A stretch of DNA of 64,000 nt from an uncultured Planctomycetota bacterium (GCA_963737655.1 CAVTTN010000002.1:3328001-3392000); one strand, 5' to 3'; shown: positions 1 to 9,645, numbered from the stretch's first letter. Numbers and translations: made by a program. The notes: a model not told the origin generated them from the letters alone.

Positions 1-436
1 CCTCGGGGTGACGAAAGCCCCCGGGCGAGAACGTCCAGTCCTCGCGGAACGGGACCTCGACCGGCCGGGCTCCCTGGATCTCGGCCAGGGTCCGATAGAG
101 GATGTAGCTGGGCGAGGGATAGAGCACGATCCCGCCGGGGCCGACGAAGGCACGCGTGACGATGGTCAAGATGTCGTCGGAGCCGTTGCCCGCGAGGATC
201 ATGGCCGGATCGACCCCGTGCCGTCTGGCGGCGGCCTCGCGGAACCGGGTGGCCACCGGGTCGGGATAGAGGCGGAGGCGGTCGGTCAGGGCCTCCCGGA
301 TCGCCTCGGCGACCCGGGGAGACGGCGGATAGGGGTTCTCGTTCGTGTTCAGCTTGACGAAGCCGCCGTCCCGGGGCTGCTCGCCCGGGACGTAGCCGGT
401 CATCGCGTCGATGTGGGGGAGAAAATAAGACGACAT
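1..436 (-). CDS. hisC: Histidinol-phosphate aminotransferase, 5' part (runs off window start)
   Basis: Manual translation from ATG at 436: MSSYFLPHIDAMTGYVPGEQPRDGGFVKLNTNENPYPPSP...GNGSDDIL, the typical HisC N-terminus; downstream of hisD. Confidence 0.9.
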   Translation of the reverse strand, partial: MSSYFLPHIDAMTGYVPGEQPRDGGFVKLNTNENPYPPSPRVAEAIREALTDRLRLYPDPVATRFREAAARRHGVDPAMILAGNGSDDILTIVTRAFVGPGGIVLYPSPSYILYRTLAEIQGARPVEVPFREDWTFSPGGFRHPE

Positions 437-472
437 GAAGAAATCCTTGTGAGGCGCCGAAATCGGCGCTTT

Positions 473-985
473 TCACGCACCCGACCGACCCGCCAGCGCG
501 TCCAGGGCGTGGCCATCGACGCGGAACACCGTCCACTCCTCCATCGGCCGGGCCCCGAGCGAGTGATAGAAGCCGATGGCCGGCTCGTTCCAGTCCAGGA
601 CCGCCCATTCCAGCCGTCCGCAGCCGCGATCGACGGCCATTCCCGCGAGCCGTTGCAGGAACGCCTTGCTGATCCCCCGGCCCCGGAACGCCGGGCGGAC
701 GAAGAGGTCTTCGAGATAGATCCCGGGCCGTCCCCGAAACGTCGAGAAGTTGTGAAAAAACAGGGCGAAGCCCGCGATTTGCCCGTCCACCTCGGCGATC
801 AGGCACTCGGCGAACGGCCTTGGGCCGAAGAGGTTGCGGAGGAGGTCGTCGGCCGTGGCCTCCGCCTCGCTTTCCAGCTTTTCGTAGATCGCCAGCTCGC
901 GGATCAGGTTCGCGATCGAGGGGCAGTCCTCGGGCGACGCGGGGCGGATGGCGATTCCTTCAGGTTCGGTCAAGGACTGATCCAT
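473..985 (-). CDS. GNAT family N-acetyltransferase (spermidine/diamine acetyltransferase-like)
   Basis: FFHNFSTFRGRPGIYLEDLFVRPAFRGRGIS and LEWAVLDWNEPAIGFY motifs; ATG at 985 directly after the hisD stop. Confidence 0.85.
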   Translation of the reverse strand: MDQSLTEPEGIAIRPASPEDCPSIANLIRELAIYEKLESEAEATADDLLRNLFGPRPFAECLIAEVDGQIAGFALFFHNFSTFRGRPGIYLEDLFVRPAFRGRGISKAFLQRLAGMAVDRGCGRLEWAVLDWNEPAIGFYHSLGARPMEEWTVFRVDGHALDALAGRSGA

Positions 986-986
986 C

Positions 987-2370
987 TCAGCCGTCTCCCG
1001 GGCCCGGAGCGTCCTCAAGCCGGACGTCCACGCTGTAGCGGTGGGCGGTCAGGCCCTCCTTGTCCGCCAGCATGCGGATATCCGGCGCGAGGCGGGCCAG
1101 GCCGTCGCGATCGACGTGGATCATGCTCGTCTTCTTGAGGAAGTCGTTCGAGGAGAGGCCCGACGCCCATCGCGCGGTCCCCCCGGTCGGCAGGACGTGC
1201 GACGGCCCGGCGGCGTAGTCCCCCACGGCCACCGGCGTCTCGTGGCCGAGGAAGATCGCCCCGGCGTTGGAGATCCGGTCGGCCAGCCGGTCGGCGTCGC
1301 TGGTGGAGATGTGGAGGTGCTCCGGCGCGATCGAGTCCGTCGAGCGCCACGGCCTCGTCCTCGTCCTTCACCAGGATCAGGGCGCCGTACTGCTCCAGGC
1401 AATCGCGGGCGAGGTCGCCCCGGCTCAGGGTGGCCAGGGCGGCGCTCAGGGCCGAGTCCACCCGGTCGATCAGGTCGGGTTCCCAGGTGATCAAGAGGCT
1501 CGCGCCGGGCGAATGCTCGGCCTGGGAGATCAGGTCCGCCGCGATGAAACGCGGGTCGGCCGTCCAGTCGGCGATCAGGACGACCTCGCTCGGGCCGGCG
1601 ATACTGTCGATATCGACCTCGCCGAAGACCTCACGCTTGGCCAGGGCCACGAACAGGTTGCCGGGCCCGACGATCTTATCGACCGGCGCGATCCCCTCGC
1701 ACCCATAGGCCAGGGCCGCGACGGCCTGGGCCCCGCCGATCCGGTAAACTTCGGTCACGCCGAGCGCATGGCACGCGGCGAGCAGGTCGTCATTGAATCC
1801 GCCGAACTTCGTCGGGGGAACCACCACGGCGATCTCGCCGACCCCCGCCGCCTGGGCGGGAACCGCCGTCATGAGCAAGGACGACGGATACGCCGCCGCC
1901 CCTCCCGGGACGCACACGCCCACCCTCCTCAATGGCCGATACCGCAAGCGAAGCTCGCAGCCCGGCCCTCGCCTCATCACGGCGTCTCGGTGGAGGATGC
2001 CGGTCTGGAACCCCAGGATGTTATCCCGGACCCGGCGGATCGTCTTGAGGTACGCCGGATCGGCCCGGCGAAACGCCGAGGAAAGCTCCGAAGGGGTCAC
2101 GCGAACTTCCGTCGGATCGAGCGTCCGGCCGTCCAGCCGGGCCGTGTAGTCCAGAACGGCCGACAGTCCCCGGCACTGGACGTCGGCGCAGATCCTCTGG
2201 ACGACCTGCTGAGGGGTCAATGCCTCGCCAAACGCCGCGATCGTCCGGGCCCGGCCCTGAGGAGAGACGACATCGCCCCTCGGGCTGAGCTGCCGGCGCA
2301 GGTGCTGGATCGCCTCGCGGGCGTCGTCCGTGGCGCAGTCGATCCGAGGCATCTTCAACGTCATCGTCAT
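987..2370 (-). CDS. hisD: Histidinol dehydrogenase (one extra base near 1341, probably a sequence error)
   Basis: VGVCVPGGAAAYPSS, KIVGPGNLFV, IDSIAGPSEV and DLISQAEH in one frame; IAPEHLHI and AVGDYAAGPSHVLPTGG continue in another frame after about 1341. Confidence 0.92.
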
Positions 2371-2478
2371 TGCGGGGGAGCCTCGAAGGTCAGAGGACAT
2401 TCTAAGCGGGAGGGCAAGTCGATGCTCCCCCCTTGCGAAAGCCGGGGCGGCGAACCTCGTGTCAGGCGAAGATCGGGA

Positions 2479-2684
2479 GAAATTGGTGTCAGATCTGCCC
2501 TGAAGAAAACCCCCTTGAGCAATGAGGAAACGAGTAGGTCCGACTTCAGTCGGGCCTACGAAAAAGGGACTCTTGAAGGCCCGACTGAAGTCGGACCTAC
2601 TCCTCTCGATAGGACGAAGGGGGGTTCTGCAGAGCATGTCAGATCGATTTATTGTCTGGGAAAAATCGATCTGACACCAATTTC
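2479..2684. repeat. Palindromic repeat (22-bp arms GAAATTGGTGTCAGATCGATTT / AAATCGATCTGACACCAATTTC) whose left arm is interrupted by the 141-bp element
   Basis: 2479-2495 is the exact reverse complement of 2668-2684; removing the element plus one TSD copy restores a perfect 22-bp inverted repeat. Confidence 0.85.
2496..2636. mobile_element. 141-bp MITE-like element, copy 1, with internal REP-like doublet
   Basis: 9-bp direct repeat TGTCAGATC at 2487-2495 and 2637-2645; imperfect TIRs TGCCCTGAAGAAAACCCC / GGGGGGTTCTGCAGAGCA; perfect internal 26-bp IR at 2532-2557 / 2577-2602; second copy at 40350-40490. Confidence 0.85.
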
Positions 2685-2725
2685 GACCCATTCTCCCGGC
2701 CGCGACCTCCCGATAGACTGGCGAC

Positions 2726-5278
2726 ATGATCGCCCTGCCGATTGACCCCGCTCTGCCCGAGATCCTCGCGAGCCTGAAAGCGGCGCGACGGCTTGTGCTG
2801 GTCGCTCCTCCCGGATCGGGCAAGACGACTCGGGTGGCGCCCTCGCTGGCGAGATCCGGGCTGTTGCGTCCCTCGCATCCGGCCGTCGTCCTGTTGCAGC
2901 CTCGCCGGGTCGCGGCGAGGGCGTCGGCGGCCCGGATCGCCGAGGAGAACGGCTGGCGACTGGGCGAAGAGGTCGGCTACCAGATCCGAGGAGAGCGGCG
3001 GATCGGCCGGCGGACGATCGTTCGGGTCGCCACCGAGGGCGTGTTGACCCGCCAGCTCCTGGCCGACCCGTTCCTTGATGGCGTGGGCGCGGTGATCCTC
3101 GACGAGTTCCACGAACGGAGCCTGCACACCGACCTGGCGCTCGCCTTGCTTCAGGAGGCCCGGACCGTCCGCGACGACTTGATCCTCGTGGTGATGTCGG
3201 CCACGCTCGACGCCGATCCGATCGCCGCATTCCTCGACTCGGCGCCGATCGTCCGGGTCGAGGGGCGGTCGTTCCCGGTGGCCGTCACCTACGTCCCGTT
3301 CGCCGACAAGACCCCGCTCCACGATCGAGTCGCCGCGACGGTGGCGCGCTCGTTCGAATCGGGCCGAATGCCGGGCGATACGCTCGTGTTCTTGCCGGGC
3401 GTCGAGGAGATCCGCCGGGCCGGTCGCGCGGTCTCGGCGATCGCGGACGGGCATCTCATTTTGCCCCTCCACGGCTCGTTGCCTGCCGAGGAGCAGGACC
3501 GCGCCTTGCGCCCCGCCGATCGGCCGAAGCTGATCCTTTCCACCAACGTGGCCGAGACCTCCTTGACGATCGACGGCGTGACGACGGTGATCGATTCGGG
3601 ACTCGCCCGGGTGGCCCGGCACGACCCGGCTCGCGGCCTCGATCGGCTCGAATTGAGCAAGATCAGCCGGGCCTCGGCCGTCCAGAGGGCCGGTCGAGCC
3701 GGGCGGACCGCGCCGGGCCGATGCCTGAGGATGTGGGCCGAGCGCGAGGACCGCGGCCGTCCCGAGTTCGAGGAACCCGAGGTCCGCCGGGTGGACCTCG
3801 CCGCGACCGTCTTGACCCTCAAGGCCTGGGGACACAACGTCCCCTCGAGCTTCGGTTGGTTCGAGAGGCCGACGGCGGAATCCCTCGATCGCGCCGAACG
3901 CCTGCTGACCGATCTCGGGGCGATCGAGGCCCCGGGCGGCCCGTTAACCGACATCGGCCGGACCCTGCTGACCCTGCCCGTCCACCCCAGGCTCGGTCGC
4001 CTGATCGCCGGGGCGGCGGCCCTGGGGCGATTGGCCGACGGGGCCGATCTCGCCGCGATCCTCTCGGAAAAAGATTTGCTTGTGCGTTCGGAGAGCGGAC
4101 GAAGCCGAGAAGCCCCCTCCCGACGAGGCGATTCCGACCTCCTGACTCGCCTCGACGCCCTGGACGAGGCCCGCAGATCGCGGTTCTCGCCGTCCCTACG
4201 ATCCCGAGGCATCGACCCCCTCGCCGCCCGACGGGTCGCCGAGACGGCCCACGACCTCCTCCGGGTTGGCCGATCGCTCTCGAACGGCTCGTCGGACGTT
4301 TCAGACGCCTCCGACTTGTTTTTCCTGCCCTTGCTCGCCTATCCCGATCGTGTCTGCCGGAGGAGGACGGCCGACCCGTCGGCGGCGACGATGGTGGGCG
4401 GCCGAGGGGTCCGGCTCGAACCGGAGTCGATCGTCCGGGAGGCGGAGTTCTTCCTGGCGATCGACCCTCGCGACGGGAAATTCGGGGGAAAACGCGAGGC
4501 GAGGGTGAAGATCGCCAGCGCCCTCGACCCGTCCTGGCTCGACGATCTCTTCCCGGGGGCGGTCCGTCGCGAAAGGGTCGTGCGGTATGACGAATCGCGG
4601 GGCCGCGCCGTGGCGTTCGACTCGGTCGTCTATCGCGACCTGACCCTCCGGGAGGAAACCCACGGGGCCGTCTCGGGCGAGGAAGCCTCCCGGGCCCTGG
4701 CGGAATGGCTGGCGACCCGGGCCGTCCCGTTCCTCCGAGAGAACGAGGCGGCGGCGAAATGGCTCGATCGTCTGGAGTTCCTCCGCAAGTCCCTCCCCGA
4801 ACTCGATTGGCCGGAGCTTGCCGAAGACACCCTGGCCGAGGTGATCGGCTCGGCCTGCTCGGGCAAGAAGACGCTGGAGGAGGCCCGGAGAGTCCCGCTG
4901 GTGCCCCTGTTGAAGGGCCTGATGACGTTCGAGCAATCGCGGACGATGGACGCCGAGGCCCCCGAAACGATCGAAGTGCCCACCGGCAACCGGATTCGCC
5001 TGGAATACGAGCCGGGGAGGCCGCCGGTCCTGGCGGTCCGCTTGCAGGAGCTTTTCGGGGTCGCCGAGACGCCCCGGGTCGCCCGGGGCCGAGTCCCGGT
5101 CCTCCTCCACCTTCTCGGGCCGAACCATCGGCCGGTCCAGATCACCGAGGACCTGCGGAGCTTCTGGACCACGACCTATTTCCAGGTCCGAAAGGACCTC
5201 CGTTCGAGATATCCCAGGCATTCCTGGCCCGATGATCCCTGGACTGCCAGGCCCGTGGCCAAAGGGCGGCGGGGATGA
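2726..5278 (+). CDS. hrpB: ATP-dependent RNA helicase HrpB
   Basis: APPGSGKTT, QPRRVAAR, DEFHER, MSAT, STNVAETSLTIDG, QRAGRAGR; C-terminal LAVRLQELFG and YPRHSWP. Confidence 0.95.
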   Translation: MIALPIDPALPEILASLKAARRLVLVAPPGSGKTTRVAPSLARSGLLRPSHPAVVLLQPRRVAARASAARIAEENGWRLGEEVGYQIRGERRIGRRTIVRVATEGVLTRQLLADPFLDGVGAVILDEFHERSLHTDLALALLQEARTVRDDLILVVMSATLDADPIAAFLDSAPIVRVEGRSFPVAVTYVPFADKTPLHDRVAATVARSFESGRMPGDTLVFLPGVEEIRRAGRAVSAIADGHLILPLHGSLPAEEQDRALRPADRPKLILSTNVAETSLTIDGVTTVIDSGLARVARHDPARGLDRLELSKISRASAVQRAGRAGRTAPGRCLRMWAEREDRGRPEFEEPEVRRVDLAATVLTLKAWGHNVPSSFGWFERPTAESLDRAERLLTDLGAIEAPGGPLTDIGRTLLTLPVHPRLGRLIAGAAALGRLADGADLAAILSEKDLLVRSESGRSREAPSRRGDSDLLTRLDALDEARRSRFSPSLRSRGIDPLAARRVAETAHDLLRVGRSLSNGSSDVSDASDLFFLPLLAYPDRVCRRRTADPSAATMVGGRGVRLEPESIVREAEFFLAIDPRDGKFGGKREARVKIASALDPSWLDDLFPGAVRRERVVRYDESRGRAVAFDSVVYRDLTLREETHGAVSGEEASRALAEWLATRAVPFLRENEAAAKWLDRLEFLRKSLPELDWPELAEDTLAEVIGSACSGKKTLEEARRVPLVPLLKGLMTFEQSRTMDAEAPETIEVPTGNRIRLEYEPGRPPVLAVRLQELFGVAETPRVARGRVPVLLHLLGPNHRPVQITEDLRSFWTTTYFQVRKDLRSRYPRHSWPDDPWTARPVAKGRRG

Positions 5279-5294
5279 CGGAAATCTGTCCGGG

Positions 5295-5379
5295 GGGTGG
5301 CATGCTCACGTCTTCGTAAGCATGGCCTTGATCCGGCTCGAACCAAAGACACGCTTACGAAGACGTGAGCATGCCACCC
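5295..5379. repeat. REP-like inverted doublet (GGGTGGCATGCTCACGTCTTCGTAAGCATG family) between convergent hrpB and birA
   Basis: 30-bp arms at 5295-5324 and 5350-5379 with one mismatch; each arm is itself a hairpin; related singlet at 63045-63070. Confidence 0.85.
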
Positions 5380-5403
5380 TGAAAGGCGGCATGCATTTTC
5401 CAC

Positions 5404-6324
5404 CTACAGGATCTCGGCCTGGGCGATCCACCGGGCGGGGGCGTTTTCGGGCTGGATCCGGATACCCTTGCGGAGGTCCGCCGCGATCAAACGGCCGGCG
5501 ATCGGGCCTTCGGACGTCGAGAGGAGGACCGAGCGGCCGGGCGGTTCGAGCCGGGCTTGCCAGGCCGCTTCCAGAGGGGCCGTCCCGTGTTCGAGCCCTT
5601 CTTGATAGAGCGCGTCGAGGCGCATGATGAGCGATCGGGCGAAATCGGAGCGATCGATGGCCGACCCGCCCAGGGTCCTCAGGGAACAGGACGAGGCGCG
5701 GAGCTCCTCGGGGAAGTCGGACTCCTCCAGGTTGGCATTGATCCCCAGGCCGATCACCGCCCCCATCGACCGCTCGACGAGCACTCCGGCCAGCTTCCGG
5801 CCGTCGATCCGGACGTCATTGGGCCACTTGATCCGGGCGTCGGCGCCGGTTTCGCGTTCGACGACCTCGGCAATCGCCACCGCGCCGAGCGCCGTGAGCC
5901 ATCCCGGATCGTCCAGAGGTCCCGAGGGGAAGATCAAGGCGGACATCAGGACCGAGGCCCCTCGGGGCGCGATCCATCGTCGCCCTCGCCGCCCCCGGCC
6001 CGAGGTCTGCTCCTCGGCCAGGACCACTAGCCCCTCGTTGGCCATCGAGGACGCCGCCGACCCCGCCACGTCGTTCGTGCTGCCGACCCGGCTCCACACG
6101 GCAATCCTCCGGCCGATCGTCCGGACGTTCAGCCCCCATTCCATTTGATCGGGGCAAAGTCGGGGCGACGGCCCCCGGTAGGCGACGCCCTGATACGGGT
6201 GGATCTCCAGGGCGAAGCCGAACCGTTCGAGCGCGTCCACGTCGGTTCGGGCCGATCCGAGCGAGTCCCACGGCACGAACGCCCCGCCGGCCTCTCGCAA
6301 CCGGGCGAGGAGGGCGGCGTTCAT
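5404..6324 (-). CDS. birA: Biotin--[acetyl-CoA-carboxylase] ligase
   Basis: STND, AEEQTSGRGRRGRRW, IKWPNDV, RKLAGVLVE, GLGIN. Confidence 0.92.
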   Translation of the reverse strand: MNAALLARLREAGGAFVPWDSLGSARTDVDALERFGFALEIHPYQGVAYRGPSPRLCPDQMEWGLNVRTIGRRIAVWSRVGSTNDVAGSAASSMANEGLVVLAEEQTSGRGRRGRRWIAPRGASVLMSALIFPSGPLDDPGWLTALGAVAIAEVVERETGADARIKWPNDVRIDGRKLAGVLVERSMGAVIGLGINANLEESDFPEELRASSCSLRTLGGSAIDRSDFARSLIMRLDALYQEGLEHGTAPLEAAWQARLEPPGRSVLLSTSEGPIAGRLIAADLRKGIRIQPENAPARWIAQAEIL

Positions 6325-7220
6325 GGTCGCTCCGCCTCGAAATCCAGTCCAAGGTCCAGGGCCGGGGCCGAATGCGTGAGGGCGCCGACGCTGATCCGGT
6401 CCACCCCCGATCGCGCCAGGGCCGCCACGGTTTCCAGACGGACCCCGCCGGAGGCCTCTAGTAGGACGCCCGGCGCCCTCGAATCGCGACGACGGACCGC
6501 CTGGGCCAGCGCCTCGGGGCCGAGATTATCGACGAGGATGATGTCGGGCCCGCATTCCAAAGCGCGATCGAGTTGATCGAGGGAATCGACCTCGACCTCC
6601 ACGAACGCGGGCCTCGGTTCGAGCGCCCTGGCCGCCGCAATCGCCCGGCCGATCGGGTCGGGCCCTTCTTCAGCGAGGGCCGCCAGGTGGTTGTCCTTGA
6701 TCAGGACCGCGTCGAACAGGCCGATCCGGTGGTTCCGGCCCCCTCCGCATCGGACGGCGTACTTCTCGAGCGAGCGCCAGCCCGGCGTGGTCTTCCTGGT
6801 GTCGAGGATCACGGCCTTCGTGCCCGAGACGGCCTCCACGAATCGGGCCGTCAGGCTGGCGATCCCGGAAAGCCTCTGGAGGAAGTTCAGGGCGGTCCGT
6901 TCCAGGCTCAACAACGAGCGCATCGGCCCCTCGACCCGCCCGACCACGCTCCCCGGGGCGAGCGGGTGGCCATCGGTCAGAAACGGGGTCCAGCTCAGGT
7001 CGGTCCCGGCCCGCCGAAATAGCGCCTGGACCACCGGCAGGCCCGAGAGGACGCCCTCGGACCTCGCCACAAATCGGGCCGAACCAACGAGATCCGGCGG
7101 GAGGACGGCGAGGGACGTGACGTCGCCCAGGTTGCCGAGATCCTCGGCCATTGCCAGGTCGATCAGCCGTTCGGCCGAGGCCCGCTCGGGGTCGAGGAAG
7201 GTGGGACGGGTCGCGATCAC
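6321..7220 (-). CDS. nadC: Nicotinate-nucleotide diphosphorylase (carboxylating)
   Basis: ERTALNFLQRLSGIAS, DTRKTTPG, NHRIGLFDAVLIKDNH, EVEVD, EASGG, ISVGALTHSA. Confidence 0.95.
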   Translation of the reverse strand: MIATRPTFLDPERASAERLIDLAMAEDLGNLGDVTSLAVLPPDLVGSARFVARSEGVLSGLPVVQALFRRAGTDLSWTPFLTDGHPLAPGSVVGRVEGPMRSLLSLERTALNFLQRLSGIASLTARFVEAVSGTKAVILDTRKTTPGWRSLEKYAVRCGGGRNHRIGLFDAVLIKDNHLAALAEEGPDPIGRAIAAARALEPRPAFVEVEVDSLDQLDRALECGPDIILVDNLGPEALAQAVRRRDSRAPGVLLEASGGVRLETVAALARSGVDRISVGALTHSAPALDLGLDFEAERP

Positions 7221-7263
7221 GCCGAGGCTCCGGCCTCTGGACCAGGGTGCCGATCCCGGGCCG

Positions 7264-7557
7264 TCACGGGCCGATCAGGACCGTCGGCAGGCCGAGGATG
7301 ATGGTCCCCCCGTGGGCGCAGGTATCGCCCAGGCGGGCGGCGGGCATGTTGCCGATCATCACGGTGGCGCTCCCCATCGCGATGGTGTCCGGCGGCCCGA
7401 CGCAGACGGCCATGTCGGTGGCCCGGGCGGCCGGCAGGCTGCCGATCAGGACGGTCGGGCATCCCGGGCCGGAGATCGGCCCGCCCACGTGGGGGATCGG
7501 CCCGTCGAACATCGGGCAGACGTGCATGTCGGTCAGGCGAGAGGCGGGCATTCCCAT
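7264..7557 (-). CDS. Stand-alone PAAR domain protein
   Basis: PASRLTDMHVCP, PHVGGPI, LPAARATD, MPAARLGD, HGG. Confidence 0.9.
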   Translation of the reverse strand: MGMPASRLTDMHVCPMFDGPIPHVGGPISGPGCPTVLIGSLPAARATDMAVCVGPPDTIAMGSATVMIGNMPAARLGDTCAHGGTIILGLPTVLIGP

Positions 7558-7870
7558 CGCGGCGGCCCCGGCGGCGGTCGGCCGGATCGATCGCGAGTGC
7601 GGTTCGCGAAATCCGTCCGGAGCAAGCCTGACCGGCCTCCCTCGTCCTGTCAACCGTCGACCGACCCGGGGTCGCGATTCCGCTCCTGACGGATTTGGCT
7701 ATTGGAGAGGCCCGCCCCCGGCCGATGAAAGAGAAGTCATCATCGCGGGCGGGGTCCGCACCGGCGTGCGGCCCGCCCGAGTCGTTCCTTCGCCCGTTCG
7801 CGGGCCGACGATTGGACACGATCGGTCGGACTGCGACGTCCCGGGCGAGCCGCACGGAGGAGGAGATCCG

Positions 7871-8101
7871 ATGGCCACCGCACGACTCCGCGTCTTCCCT
7901 CAGCCCGAGGAGGAGATGAACGAGCCGGACCACCACGCCCCCGCCGTGCCGATCCGGCTGGCCGACCTGTACCCTCTGCTGGCCCAGGCGTATCGCGACA
8001 ACTACGTCTGGCTCCGGGACTTCGAGGAGGACCAGCTGCTGGTCAGCACCGACCTCTTCGAGGTCGTCCGGGCGTTCTCGGACTGCCGGCCGTCGGCGTG
8101 A
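7871..8101 (+). CDS. Small hypothetical protein
   Basis: GGAGGAG ribosome-binding site, ATG at 7871, strong GC3 bias; MATARLRVFPQP...WLRDFEEDQLLVSTDLFEV. Confidence 0.7.
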   Translation: MATARLRVFPQPEEEMNEPDHHAPAVPIRLADLYPLLAQAYRDNYVWLRDFEEDQLLVSTDLFEVVRAFSDCRPSA

Positions 8102-8199
8102 ATCCGTGCCGGGACGGGGTCTCGGGCGATCTCGGCCTTGTCGGGGTCGCCTCCAGGCCCTAATCTGAAGGCTCCCCCAGCCCCGTCCCGAGCAACCCC

Positions 8200-8574
8200 A
8201 TGAAACCGCCCCTTTCGTCGGACGCCCTGACCGTCGAGCGCCACGGCGACGTCACGGTGGTCGTGGCCTCGCCCGTCGTCGAGTCGATGGAACCCTCGCT
8301 GATCGACGGCGCCTCGACCCTGCTGCTGGACATCCTCGGCCGCCAGGCTTGCCCGTCGATCGTCGTGGACCTCTCGGCCCTGGACTACTTCGGCTCGTCG
8401 TTCCTGGCGCTGTTGATTCGCTGCTGGAAGCTGGCGACGCTCAAGGGCGGGGCCCTGGCCCTGGCCGGCGTCTCCAAGCACGCCCGGGACCTCCTTCACG
8501 TGACGTCCCTGGACATGGTCTGGCCGATGTACGCCGACAGCCGCGAGGCGATCGACGCCCTCCAGTCCGATTGA
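8200..8574 (+). CDS. STAS domain anti-sigma factor antagonist
   Basis: IVVDLSALDYFGSSFL and LLHVTSLD, with the conserved phosphorylatable Ser. Confidence 0.85.
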   Translation: MKPPLSSDALTVERHGDVTVVVASPVVESMEPSLIDGASTLLLDILGRQACPSIVVDLSALDYFGSSFLALLIRCWKLATLKGGALALAGVSKHARDLLHVTSLDMVWPMYADSREAIDALQSD

Positions 8575-8697
8575 TCGCCGAGGCTTCGCCGCCACCCGTT
8601 GACAGCGCGGGCGGCTCCGCCGATGATGGATGGTCGGGCCTCTGCGCCCTATCCCTGTCTCCGCCACTCTCGGGGGTCGAGGTCCGCCGGAGCCGCC

Positions 8698-9645
8698 ATG
8701 GGCATCTACGACCGAGAGTATTATCGCGACGAGACCCGGGGCTCGGGTTTCTTCTCCGGGGCCGCCCCGGCATGCAAGGCGATCATCGCCGTCAACATCC
8801 TGGTCTATCTCGCCGACCTCTCCTGGGGCGACCAGTCGGACCTCTTCGACGCCCTCCGCGCCCATAGCGACCAGATTTTCCGGCAGTTTCGCGTCTGGCA
8901 ACTGCTGACGGCCGCCTTCGTCCACAACACGTCCAACGTCGGCCACATCCTCTGGAACATGCTGTTCCTCTGGTGGCTCGGCCGCGACATGGAAGCGCTC
9001 TACGGCAGCCGAGAGTTCCTCCGGATGTACCTGACGGCCGCCGTCTTCAGCACGGCGTGCTGGGCCGTCCTCGACCGGATCATCCCCGGAGGCCGCCTGG
9101 GCGGCATGGAAGGGGCTTCCGGGGCCGTGATGGCCGTGGTCGTCCTGAACGTTTTGTATCACCCTCGCCGCGAAGTCCTCCTGTTCTTCGTCCTGCCGGT
9201 CGAGGCCTGGCTGCTCGTCCTGGTCTATCTCGGCAACGACGCGCTGAACCTCCTCCAGCAGTTGCAGCGCGGGGGGACCGGCAGCGCCGCGGGCGTGGCG
9301 TTCGCCGCCCATCTCGGGGGCGGCCTTTATGGCTACCTCTACAAGACTTACGACCTGAGATGGTCGCGACTCCTGAGCCGTCGAGGGGTCAAGCCCCGAT
9401 TGCGGATCGTCTCCCCCGAGCCGAGGGACCGGGTCTCCTCGGGCCTCTCGACGCCCCCTGCCCGCTCGGCCTCGGCGGGCGCCTCGCGGACCGTCCCGCC
9501 CTCGTCGTTCCCCGAGGAGCAGCTGGACGCCCGGCTCGACGAGGTCCTGTCGAAGATCGCGAGGGAGGGAAAGAGCGGACTGACCGAGGAGGACAATCGC
9601 ATCCTCCAGGAAGCCAGCCGACGCGCCCGGGATCGCCGAAGGTGA
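8698..9645 (+). CDS. Rhomboid family intramembrane serine protease with C-terminal helical tail
   Basis: MGIYDREYYR start; WQLLTAAFVH, HILWNM, GASG (catalytic Ser), AHLGG (catalytic His); LDEVLSKI...GKSGLT tail. Confidence 0.9.
   Translation: MGIYDREYYRDETRGSGFFSGAAPACKAIIAVNILVYLADLSWGDQSDLFDALRAHSDQIFRQFRVWQLLTAAFVHNTSNVGHILWNMLFLWWLGRDMEALYGSREFLRMYLTAAVFSTACWAVLDRIIPGGRLGGMEGASGAVMAVVVLNVLYHPRREVLLFFVLPVEAWLLVLVYLGNDALNLLQQLQRGGTGSAAGVAFAAHLGGGLYGYLYKTYDLRWSRLLSRRGVKPRLRIVSPEPRDRVSSGLSTPPARSASAGASRTVPPSSFPEEQLDARLDEVLSKIAREGKSGLTEEDNRILQEASRRARDRRR

Noticed and set aside
1330..1350. Programmed frameshifting in hisD and the other broken genes
   Set aside because: No slippery heptamer or common stimulatory structure seen; breaks are scattered across unrelated genes.
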